Shown in pieces: positions 38,551 through 50,449 of a stretch of DNA of 64,000 nt. A program made the position numbers and the translations under genes. Each line of letters opens with the position of its first letter. The first letter of the stretch is position 1. Under the pieces are notes generated by a model. That model had not been told where the DNA came from, did no database searches, and saw nothing but the letters and a program-made list of their open reading frames with translations. The stretch spans positions 248,001 to 312,000 of the forward strand of contig NW_025767533.1 of NCBI RefSeq assembly GCF_003918875.1, given 5' to 3'. This DNA comes from Haliotis rubra (taxonomy: Eukaryota).

Positions 38551-40215
38551 TATTTCGTGGCGTTTCGGACAACATAGAAGAACATTCTATTTAAAGTTGA
38601 CTTGCAGTGAAATAGTTTGGAAGGAAATATAATATGTTGTTCTCAGTTTCATTTTACAGAGCAGTTAGGTAAGTTAACCAGTAACAACAATCTAAAACTT
38701 GCATTTAGATGAAACTAACAGTCATATATCACGTGGATCAGAGCATGCTGTTTTACATGGTCAACTTCAAGTTCAACACAAATAGCTAGACGCACTCCCC
38801 TCCCAAACCACAAGGAAATATTTGTGTGCACAGAGAATGCATACAAGTAGGTCACCATGAGTTGACGGATACCAGCGATACTATAGAGTGGCAATGACAG
38901 CATGCAGTGCCTACGTGCAAAAGGATTGGAGTGAAACAGTACATACATGGGGGGTTGCAGTTACATTATAAACTTGTTTACCTCTCAGCTACTATCGAAC
39001 AAAGTTGCAGAAGCATATCTATTATAAACATGTACTGGAACACGACCTTCACTCGGTTTCATCTTCCCGCTCATATTCAAGGGTTTGCCTTCGTGTTACT
39101 AGATACCCAGGTCAGCGTGTCTGAATAATGTGCATCACTAGTGCATGTACGCCTATAGTTTGAGAGTAAAGTCTTTGTATCCATTAAACAGGTGAGACAG
39201 GAAAGCGTTAAAGCATCATGTTTTTAATAAACAAATTCATAAATGCAACCGTGCAGATGTAGCAGTGTTCCCTTAAAAGTTGCAGAGAGATATTAATCTA
39301 TATATTTCATTTCCATAGAAAATAATATAAGAACGTCCGCATGAACTTCTGTGAGATATATCGTGCAAGGAAAGAGGGTCAGTATTTGACCTATAAACAT
39401 TTCCTGTAGAGACAGATACAAGTTTATCTCCAGACTGCATCTGATGCCACCGCAGTACAAATAATTAAGTTTCACATTGTCTGCTTGTGACCCGGCCGTA
39501 AAAGTCATCACTTTTAAATAGTAACAAATAAAGTTCACTGGAAACAATCCGGCTGAACTGTACAGCGAACATGTTTCATGTACATGCCACTTCTGTAATG
39601 GAGACAATATTAAACTTGCGGGTAGTTCAACACGATGCAAGACAACATCACAATCTGTAAGATAAACATTAGCGTGCAATAGGGTTATCTCTGTTAGTAC
39701 AAGACTAAAGTGTCCTAAAGTATTACACTTTATTCAGAGGATCTCTAACAATAACTAATCCTTTCTGCTTATGTATTTATAATTCCTCAATAGACATTTC
39801 TTATAGGTGAGCGAGTATGTATTACGGCGCTTCTAACAACATTCCAGTAATATGGCTTGGAACACCAGAAAAAGTCAAGAGAAAGAGAATCGAATCCGGT
39901 GTCGAGCGATTTCTGTAAACATTAGGTTACACTGTAACTCCTGCGCATACCGTTATAAAAGTCTTTCTCTGCGGACAGAATGTGTCACATAATAAAGTTG
40001 CAAAACAAATTTGTACTGACGGATTTTGCTTATTCTAATATTAGGGGGTTACACCAAACACTGACTTTGGCCAACTGAGCACATTTGTACAACGAGTTGA
40101 AGTGAAGTCAAATCATATTTTATAATTAAATACATGTGTTGTTGCATACTGAGTGCTCGTACTTGCTGCTTATAGAATGCGGGTGTAGTTGTAAAGTATG
40201 CGCGTGATGCTGTGT

Positions 40216-40387
40216 ACTGACTGACTGACTGAGTTTAGTTTTACGCCGCTTTTAGCAGTATTCCAGCAATATCACGGCGGGGGACACCAGAAATGGGCTT
40301 CACACATTGTGCGCATGTGGGGAATCGAACCCGGGTCTTCGGCGTGACGAGCGAACGCTTTAACCACTAGGCTACCCTACCGCCCCC
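40216..40387 (-). mobile_element. SINE family B full-length copy inserted in a degenerate 23-bp repeat
   Basis: Near-consensus copy flanked by ctgtgtact direct repeats. Confidence 0.88.
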
Positions 40388-41010
40388 TGTGTACTAAATG
40401 CACGGGTTGGTGTATAGTGAATGCACATGAGGCAATAGCGTGAATGCTCGTGTTGCTGCATACGGAATGCAGGTGTTGTATACTGGATGTACGTGTTGTG
40501 TATACTGAATAGACCGAAAGCACGTGTTGTTGTATACCGAATGCACGTGTTGTTGTATGGTGAATGTCGCGATGCTTCATACTGAATGTATTAGATGCTG
40601 TAGAGTGAATGCACTCGTTGCTGTTGGCTGAATGTTCTTTTTGCGGTACATTGAATGCATGTGTATGGTGAATGCTCTTGATGCGGTACACTGAATGTAC
40701 ATGCTGTTGTATGGTGAATGCTCTTGATGCGGTACACTGAATGTACATGCTGTTGTATGGTGAATGCACGTGATGCGGTACACTGAATGTACATGCTGTT
40801 GTATGGTGAATGCACGTGATGCGGTACACTGAATGTACATGCTGTTGTATGGTGAATGCACGTGATGCGGTACACTGAATGTACATGCTGTTGTATGGTG
40901 AATGCACGTGATGCGGTACACTGAATGTACATGCTGTTGTATGGTGAATGCACGTGATGCGGTACACTGAATGTACATGCTGTTGTATGGTGAATGCACG
41001 TGTTGCTCTT
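40388..41010. repeat. 23-bp degenerate repeat evolving into a homogeneous 46-bp dimer array
   Basis: Unit tgttgtatggtgaatgcacgtgatgcggtacactgaatgtacatgc is homogeneous at about 40660-41000. Confidence 0.9.
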
Positions 41011-41660
41011 GAATGAATGCACATGTTTTCTCACAGTTTATTGCTAACTACGACTGGTCCTGATTCCATCCGACTCACGGAGGACAGTTCACAATGCTTG
41101 TCTCGGGAAGGAAGGAACCAGGACTTACATATAACAGTCATCAAGACAATACCTATTTCTGCTCTGCCTCTGTTTTGTATCAACATATTTCATCGAACAT
41201 GACACAGCTGTTTTAAGTTTCGTTTTCCATACACAAAAATACTTCCCCGATGTGCATGACTGTTTGTCCTCTACAAATGTGTTCGAATAGCCGATGTCAT
41301 GTGCCTGATTCTTTTGCATGCACAATATGTCCATCGCCTTCCCACACAGTGAATCCTGGTGTATTTAATGGGAACAACCCTGCACAACAGTCAATATTGG
41401 CAAAAACTTAGGGGAAGCCCCATAACAACACAAATTTAACTTATTTTTTAAACATTTTATTTCCTTCAAGCCGTATTATACACGGTTTGGCATTAGATAA
41501 AATGTCTTGTACATCTCAGAAGGTTAAAAATATCATGGCTTTTAACACTACAGGCTCTACCTATAATTAAATATTTTCGTTGTTGAAAAAAGTGTCACTA
41601 GAACAGAATAATAACCCACCTAGGATCTGCAACTAATCAGTTACTGAGATATGATAATCA

Positions 41661-42580
41661 CTACTTTGTGTCGCTCGAACTTCCTCCTTCGATTACTGCA
41701 TCATTCGAGACAACCAACCCTGTCTCGGGCGCGTTGTTCTCGCTTGTACAGCGACCTCCATCCGTTAATTCGAACCCAGCGTCTCCACGAACAGTTTTTC
41801 GATAGAGGAATGGAATTCTCTTGGCTAAACTGGTGTCTCTGAAAAATGCATTCAGATCGTTAGTGATTTCTGATGTATTGCGGTATATTTACAAACGGGC
41901 ATATGTGTGGGTTCTTCTATGCTAACCTGTTGAAACAAAATAGCTACTTTGGTTACCTACCCAGAAAATCAGTCACTTTCTACTTGTATGTTCACACTAA
42001 GCTGAGACACACGAGACAACGTCATACACGGTAATTGACAGACAGATCAATACTGGGACATAGCACTACAACACAATGACATGCATGTGTGAGTGAGTGA
42101 GTTTAGTTTTATGCCGCAATCAGCAATATTCCAGCTATATGGCGGCGGGCTGTAAATAATCAAGTCTGGACCAGACAATCCAGTGATCAACAGCATGGGC
42201 ATCGATTATGGGATACGATGACATGTGTCAACCAAGTCAGCGAGCCTCACCACCCAATCCCGTTAGTCGCCTCTTACGACAAGCATGGGTTGCTGAAGAT
42301 TAATTCTAACCCGGATTGCTTACGTGCCATGTGAGAGAATTCAGTACTTCCCGTACATCGTTATATTTGAAGGTCATTTCATGATACAGTCTGACGCAAT
42401 GTATACCAGTTTTTATTAAGGTATAATAAAGACAATATATATCTTACCTGATGACCCATACACCCAGGACAGCGGCAGCTACAAAACACAGACCGATGTA
42501 CACCAGGAGAGCCCTGTACATCGTGGTCAACGATTGTGGACAATCACCAGTAACCCCACACTGGCAAGTTGGTAAACTGG
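41661..42580 (-). CDS. Orphan membrane-protein 3' exons (short Cys segment, TM helix, 59-aa tail)
   Basis: Exon 42580-42448 (tttcag| SLPTCQCGVTGDCPQSLTTMYRALLVYIGLCFVAAAVLGVWVI ag|gtaag) splices in phase 2 to exon 41838-41661 (RDTSLAKRIPFLYRK...GGSSSDTK*). Upstream exons were not identified. Confidence 0.55.
42090..42325 (-). mobile_element. SINE family A copy
   Basis: Family A body plus (CACT)n tail. Confidence 0.85.
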
Positions 42581-43488
42581 CTGAAAATACACGATTTAAC
42601 ATTGGATGTTAGATGGTTCTTGTCCTTCATTGTCGAGTTAAGGTGAATGGAATCTAACAAATATAACAATATATTTTATAAAACAATGTGTGTAGAAAGA
42701 ATCCATGATTTCTAAAATATCATAGAAATAATATATTTACAGTAACGTACGCAATAATATTCGACGGAAAGTTTGATTAGGAACTTTTAAGTGACAGTTT
42801 TATGATACAAAATTCTTTCTTCGCTTTATGTATATTAGCATGGTGGGGGAGAAATAAAAATTGTTGAATATGCATGACATAGATAATTCATCCTCGTTGT
42901 ATAAATATACGTTTAACTTATTAAATTGTTTAGATAAACGGAATTGTCGGTCACAGCGTCTATCATCACAAAGCAGGACTCTGTTCTGGAGCTAGCGTGC
43001 ATCAACATGTTATAATTCCCTGTGACAAAGGGTATCTGTGGGTTACTTGTGCCCATTGACAGTGTACATTGTGGATAACGAAGCTACACATTGAACCTAA
43101 AGACATGTGTGCGTGTACATGTGTATGTACGCAGTATTATTTGCAACACCGAGGGCACAGTTAATGCGCAATAATCTCCCGGGACGGATGAGCTCTTAGT
43201 TTTAAAGATAAGGAAAATATAACATCAGGAAATATTTACAATATTACTACTATTTGTACAACTACTTCGGTCAGATCCACTGTCTCTGCGCAATAACACG
43301 TGCCGCGGACGTTTGGCCAGGGTGTATCACTGCATATAACCGTCGCAATTACCATTGTACCAAAGCATTATCTGTCAACACCTCCCACCCCAACCCCCAC
43401 TCTCTCACCCGCTCCCTCTCTCCCCCTTCCTCTCTCCCCTTCCCTCTCTCTCCCTCCCTCTCTCTCTGTCTGTCTCTTTCTCTCAATC

Positions 43489-43643
43489 NNNNNNNNNNNN
43501 NNNNNNNNNNNNNNNNNNNNNNNNNNNNNNNNNNNNNNNNNNNNNNNNNNNNNNNNNNNNNNNNNNNNNNNNNNNNNNNNNNNNNNNNNNNNNNNNNNNN
43601 NNNNNNNNNNNNNNNNNNNNNNNNNNNNNNNNNNNNNNNNNNN
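43489..43643. other. Assembly gap (155 N) next to a CT-rich tract
   Basis: Run of n bases. Confidence 1.
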
Positions 43644-44149
43644 TATCTACATATAGACAGGTTATAACGTATTACTAAGATACATGGTAACGTAAACACA
43701 TCACATATCACAGTGATGTCGTGTGCATAGATCAACCGACACTGACAGATGCAAAAGGAAATTGTTCGCTCATACTGTTTCTTCAACTTGAATTTAAATG
43801 TAAGTTTCAAAGACTTGAAATATTCGCGCGCAGATTAAGTAAACTTCGGCTACATAGACGCGTGTGTAATATGTCACATCATATACTGTACCTGACATGC
43901 TGTCACTGCCGTCCTCAATACACATGGAATCAGATTTAACAGGAACTTGTTTCAGTAGACCAGTAGGTTACGAGGAAATAATGTTTTGACATGCCGTTGT
44001 TGTTTATTGTTTGTTTGGTTTTTCATTACTATATATACCGTTACAAGTAGGGCAGGATGTACCTTTCTGTCAGAGGGAAAGTACTGAAAGTTTTCATTTG
44101 CTTTCGGAGTAAGCCAAACTCCCTATCCAATGTTCGGTGAAAGTGGTGA

Positions 44150-45340
44150 CTGGTGGATCAGGTGGTCACTCTCGCCACCACAGGGCTGTAACACTGGTGG
44201 ATCGGGTGGTCACTCTCGCCACCACAGAGCTGTAACACTGGTGGATCGGGTGGTCACTCTCGCCACCACAGGGTTGTAACACTGGTGGATCGGGTGGTCA
44301 CTCTCGCCACCACAGGGCTGTAACACTGGTGGATCGGGTGGTCACTCTCGCCACCACAGGGCTGTAACACTGGTGGATCGGGTGGTCACTCTCGCCACCA
44401 CAGAGCTGTAACACTGGTGGATCGGGTGGTCACTCTCGCCACCACAGGGTTGTAACACTGGTGGATCGGGTGGTCACTCTCGCCACCACAGAGCTGTAAC
44501 ACTGGTGGATCGGGTGGTCACTCTCGCCACCACAGGGTTGTAACACTGGTGGATCGGGTGGTCACTCTCGCCACCACAGGGCTGTAACACTGGTGGATCG
44601 GGTGGTCACTCTCGCCACCACAGAGCTGTAACACTGGTGGATCAGGTGGTCACTCGCCACCACAGGGCTGTAACACTGGTGGATCGGGTGGTCACTCTCG
44701 CCACCACAGGGTTGTAACACTGGTGGATCGGGTGGTCACTCTCGCCACCACAGGGCTGTAACACTGGTGGATCGGGTGGTCACTCTCGCCACCACAGAGC
44801 TGTAACACTGGTGGATCAGGTGGTCACTCTCGCCACCACAGGGCTGTAACAATGGTGGATCGGGTGGTCACTCTCGCCACCACAGGGCTGTAACACTGGT
44901 GGATCGGGTGGTCTCTCGCCACCACAGGGCTGTAACAATGGTGGATCAGGTGGTCACTCTCTCGCCACCACAGGGCGGTGTAACAATGGTGGATCAGGTG
45001 GTCACTCTCGCCACCACAGGGCTGTTACACTGGTGGATCGGGTGGTCACTCTCGCCACCACAGGGCTGTTACACTGGTGGAACGGGTGGTCACTCTCGCC
45101 ACCACAGGGCTGTAACACTGGTGGATCGGGTGGTCACTCTCGCCACCACAGGGCTGTTACACTGGTGGATCGGGTGGTCACTCTCGCCACCACAGAGCTG
45201 TAACACTGGTGGATCAGGTGGTCACTCTCGCCACCACAGGGTTGTTACACTGGTGGATCGGGTGGTCACTCTCGCCACCACAGGGCTGTAACACTGGTGG
45301 ATCGGGTGGTCACTCTCGCCACCACAGAGCTGTAACACTG
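44150..45340. repeat. 44-bp minisatellite, about 27 copies
   Basis: Unit ctggtggatcgggtggtcactctcgccaccacagggctgtaaca. Confidence 0.95.
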
Positions 45341-46011
45341 TAACTGTAACTACAACGAGACAAACAAACAAAACAAACAAATAAGAAAGCTCTGTTGTTA
45401 GAAAGGTTGGCTGCATGATAAGCATGTACCATAAGAAACCATAGGTTACGACAGGCAATGGTGCCTTTGCGAGGATTAAAGATTTTTTAAAAATATTTTT
45501 GAGATGACCACCGACAATAAATGTAGATTTCAATAACTCATGATTTATTGCACTGTGAAGCATTTTGAGTCGGGTTTCATGTAATTTTTATTTAATCTTT
45601 AATCCTCGCAAAGACACGAGGGCCTGTGTCGGTTAGGACTACGCCAAAGGGCGTGCGTGGTTTGTTCAGTCGGGGTCCAAAACACATGCACATGCAAGTG
45701 AAATATATAAAAATGATGATATGTCGAGAAAGCGATTTCAATGAGACATCCTTTTGGTCGCTGGAGCTTCAAATTGTTCAAGTCAGCCACGTGTCCCGTA
45801 TAACACATTTTGAAATCTTTATTAATGTATCGAATACTGTAACCAATATCAAACAACGGACAGACACCATGTCTGATTGTACATCAAATTAGTGAACATG
45901 TGGACACCCAGGCTAGAGCAGCTGACATCTTGCTTCATGATACCGCCCCCCTTGTCATAGTGCCTAGTGTATTGTTTGACACTCTGAACTGTTAATGCAC
46001 AGATCTAAGTA

Positions 46012-46178
46012 TGAGCGAGTGAGTATGGTTTGACGCCGCTTTTAGCAAGATTCCATGAATATCACGGCGGTGGACACTTGAAATTGGCGTCACACATTGT
46101 ACCCATTTAGGGAATCGAACCCGGGTCTTCAAACGTGACGAGCAAACGCTTTAACCACTAGGCTATCCCACCATCCCA
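46012..46178 (-). mobile_element. SINE family B copy
   Basis: A and B boxes plus the shared tail. Confidence 0.8.
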
Positions 46179-46207
46179 GATGTAAATATGAATAGATGAG
46201 ACGGTGT

Positions 46208-46450
46208 TTAATTTCTAGACCAGTGGAAGGGTATTGACTTGATCATTTTTAACGATATCAGATCATCGATATATCTCCAGCCCAAGCTAAAGCTCTTTGT
46301 CCAATTCACTCGTTTCGATTTTGCCAATCGGAGAAACCGGCCAGACTCCTGACGAGGCAGGTGAGCGTGGAGGGACAAACCCATCGCTCTTGTCGGGTAT
46401 TGTTGCGGGTGAACGTTTATGCATATAACTACATGGGACACAGATAAGTC
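46208..46450 (-). mobile_element. Penelope-type reverse transcriptase remnant
   Basis: KSFSLGWRYIDDLISL resembles the PLE RT motif SFxxxFRYIDD. Confidence 0.55.
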
Positions 46451-48530
46451 GGTTTCAAGTGTGGCATAAAACATTCCTTGCGCCGAGAGCGGATAGTTGC
46501 ACAGAAGTTGTCTCCCCTGGCTGTCAATGGACGAGTTCTATTCAACAGCGAGTTGACGCTCACATCGATGTAATGAACCACGGGGACACAAGAGTGTGTG
46601 AGTGAGTGAGTGAGAGAGTTAGTGAGTGAGAGAGAGAGGGAGAGTGAGTGAGTAAGTGAGTTAGCACCGTTTACAAAACACATATCAGACTTCAAATAAA
46701 ATTAAATGCTCTAGCAATGTCCTGATTCCATGCATGTTCTTGGGCAATGCATGTAGTAATTGCCTCAATGTTAAGGTTAAGGCGAACTTGGCAAGATATA
46801 CATATTTAAAAAACAATTTCCCGCATATGTCATTGCAGAACAGATACTAAATACAAATAGGATCTGGTAAGAGTAAGAGTTGGAATTATTATAAGTATCT
46901 TATCATAATGATAATACTTATAATTAGGTGTGCAAAATTGAGTTGGAGAATAGTTATATTTTCGTGGACTCGACACAAGACAGTGAGAGACAGTCACTCA
47001 GTCTCACTCGCTCAGTGCTGGTGTACCGAATGAATCGACCTTGAGCTGATCAGTCTTATTGTTTGCTTGAACAACGCCGTGAACAGCCTCTAGTTTACAG
47101 TTGGGAGAATTGGTTTCCCTTTAAATGAATTTTCTCGAAATAATAATGTTAAATTGAATTAAACAACAACAGGGAGTACTTAAGAAATAGAATATTTCAT
47201 GTGTCTGAATTATGACATCGTGACATGAAAATATCCCGTGTTTCACGTCACTCAGTGGCAGACATATTTAGTTCACTAGACACATGAAATATCTTTTATC
47301 AGATAAATGAGTGTCAATACATGCAGGTTATGATCGCGAATGTCGAGTCAATACATTACACTATATATACGACGTGATCATTTATGAAGGATTGCCCGCT
47401 GACCATGCCAACCATTAACTAAAGTGGGAACCATACTACTGTACACGTGTCAGTGACGTGTCATGGCGGGTACAACCCCGGGATCAGGACCAGATTACCA
47501 TTACCCATTGATATACTTGGTGATGTTTGTTGAAATTAATCATTTAGTTGAATACATATTATCTGTATTTACCCATAAACATATAGGACAAGGCTGACAT
47601 CACAGCAGAACGAAAGTAGGGGTGCACCCTGAAAGATCTCCAACGTGGGCTTTTCCGTTACGCGGGCTGGTAGATCCCAAAACAGAACGGGTTTACTCAA
47701 CCACCATCCGAATCCATTAAAAATGTTCATATTACGACTCTCTGTAATCAAGACGGTATTAACTCGTGATTGCAATTGTATAAGATTAAAGGGGTATAGA
47801 AAGGACACCACAATGACATTCTGAAGCGTTTTATATTCATAGGTACTGGAATTACCCGAGATTGTGCTGTAATCTACCCACACCTGGAAACCCATTCAGA
47901 CAGTGGCACCCCTCATGAGTCATATCCTGTACATTGTGTTTATTGTGATAGAGAGTAAGCTAATAACAATTTGTCTCTGGTAGCGAATGTGTCACAGCAA
48001 ATCTCACAATTGAATTTTCAAAAAGGTACTATGCTATTGGGTCAAAGTTCACTTATGTAGAAGTGACGTAAACAGGGATGGGGTTGTGCAATGTTCTGTG
48101 TTCGCTCAAAGGTAACATGACGTGTAAGCTATTCTTAACCACATTGGACATGCGCAGATAGCACTGGGTATCGCGTGATAAAGTCTTACATACAAGCGTT
48201 CATGCAGTTGCAGCCCGAAGAGCCGAAGGTAACAGTCGTCGCTGACGACGAGACATTTGGTTATGTTGTGTCTCCCATAGGCAGAGGTAAGTCTGTTTCT
48301 ACATGGACACGATATAATAACCGTGTCTAGTAACATATTGTCAGTTAGTCAAGAACAATGTCATAAAGATACAAACCCGAATGATAAATGAACTTACATA
48401 TCATAGTCTTAGAAACTACATTATATCAAGAAGCGCGATTTGGAATGAATATGAACCTTGTTTTTTTTATTCAATGAAGTTTTGTTTTTCAAAAGTATTC
48501 TTTTTCTGCAGGACAAGCATCAAGAACGAC

Positions 48531-49753
48531 ATGTGGTTCCGTCTGCTGACTGTGGCTGTTTCTCTGCTGGCAGTATTGTCATCCTTTGGTAAGTATGCAG
48601 GTCAGGATTTGTACTTCAAATTCTTTATAATAATAAAATCTAACATTTTGTATAACTGTTCCTCCTGTTCATAGCTGATTGTCATCACATTTTCGTTGCA
48701 GTCGAATCCGGGCGTTCATGTGAAACAGACGGTTGTGTCCATGGTAACGGCCTTTTGAAGTGCCAGTCGTGCGAGATTGGTTGTTGGGGACGAAACTGCA
48801 GTTCTCCATGCTGGGACAACTGTCACAAAGACGGATGTGACAGAAACACTGGACAATGCTTCCTGTGTAAACCAGGGTTTTATGGGGCACGGTGTGACAT
48901 CTCGTGTTCGCAGAGTTGCTCAGCCAGTCATCAGGACGCTTTGTCATACTGCGATCAAGACACCGGTGAGTGTTATAAGACCTGTCAACGAGACTCAACT
49001 GACACAATCTGTGACGGGCGTTGTCCTCCCAATTGCAGGGATAACACATGTGATATAGTTACAGCAAAATGCGTGGTTGGGTGCGACTCGGGTTGGAACG
49101 GAGATTTCTGTAACAACTCCTGCAGCAACTGTCTGAGTGGAAGATGCAGCAGCAACGGTTATTGTCTAGATGGCTGCTCTCCAGGTTTCTATGGCCAGTT
49201 GTGTGAACGAACGTGCCCTCATTGCTGGTTTTCTGGCTGTGACAGACAGACTGGGGTCTGTGAACAGTGTCAGCCTGGGTACCATGGGATCCACTGTAAC
49301 AAGAGGTGCCCTGACAAGTGTTACGCAGACCAAAGTGGTGACAAGAACTGTGACAGGGACAGTGGTAGATGTTCTCAAGGCTGTGAGACCGGGTGGCACG
49401 GGTCCCACTGTAAGACAAAGTGCAGTCCACACTGCAGATCTCAATGTCTGAGTATCGATGGTTCCTGTGTTGACGGCTGTGTAAAAGGACATTACGGCAA
49501 ACATTGCCACAGTACATGTATAACTTGTAAAGACAATGACTGTGACCACCAAGGCCGCTGTAGGCAGTGTCCAGAGGGCGTTTATGGAGACAAGTGTGAC
49601 CAGCCTTGTCCGTTGGACTGTGACACGTGTAATCGTGAGGGAAATTGTGTATATGCAATGAATACAGAACCCAGTAGTTCCGCTGCCTCCCTGTATTCTG
49701 ACACAGTAGTAGCCCTCGGTTGCGTGTTGTACATAATTGCCACACGGGCTTAG
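48531..49753 (+). CDS. Multi-EGF-like protein gene 5, predicted GPI-anchored
   Basis: Signal exon 48531-48588 (MWFRLLTVAVSLLAVLSSF, g|gtaagt). Exon 48702-49753 is open throughout and ends SSSAASLYSDTVVALGCVLYIIATRA*. AATAAA at 49902. Confidence 0.9.
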
Positions 49754-50449
49754 GACCGACGTGATGGAACATTCGTTATGGCCGAGACCTTACCTCTTGA
49801 GTGTGAGGCACTTCAATCGGGTGTCTCTAGATTTCAAGTTTGGTAGAGTCTCGGCTGTACAATGGTTTATCTGAGGTCTGTTGATATTTTTCTGTATCTG
49901 AAATAAAAATAATTGTCATTAAATCTTTGTACATGTGTATATTTATGATATGACTGGTCTTTAATTCATATATATTTCTCTCAAGTTGGAATAAAATGTC
50001 AGAACATCACTTTTTCTTTGTTAAATTTAAGATTGGTTCTATGGTCTAGTAAGTGGAGTGTCCTCCGCGAAAAAGAAAGGTCGGGGATCGTCGTAGCAAA
50101 CGTCATTAAGTATGGTGTTTGTAGTACCGTGCATGACCCTCGGCTTCATGGTATAAAACCAGTAGGCTCAGAGTTCTGTGTGTCCGAATAGGGATTCCAC
50201 GTTTAACTGCGATATGATATCTCAGTGGGCTGACATTAGGCCCGACCACAAATGCACGCACACACGCACGTACGCACAGAAACACGAGCTGAAATGCATA
50301 AAATTGCTTGATGGTACAGAGAAATAAAAGGACTGAACGGAAAACAGAATACATGTAAGAATATATAATGGTTGATCCCAAAGAGACTGTTTAGTGGATC
50401 CGGTGGTCAGATCGCTGTGACTTGGGCTGTAAGCCCGTGATGTCGTTCA

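Noticed and set aside
40377-41034. Long His/Cys-rich ORFs
   Set aside because: All three minus frames are open only because the 46-bp unit lacks stops on that strand.
43254-43810. ORFs spanning the N run
   Set aside because: They are artefacts of the gap and the CT microsatellite.
49059-49772. Antisense and alternate-frame ORFs over the EGF exons (also at 33238-34347, 26808-27834, 176-503)
   Set aside because: They are shadow ORFs of Cys/Gly-rich coding sequence.
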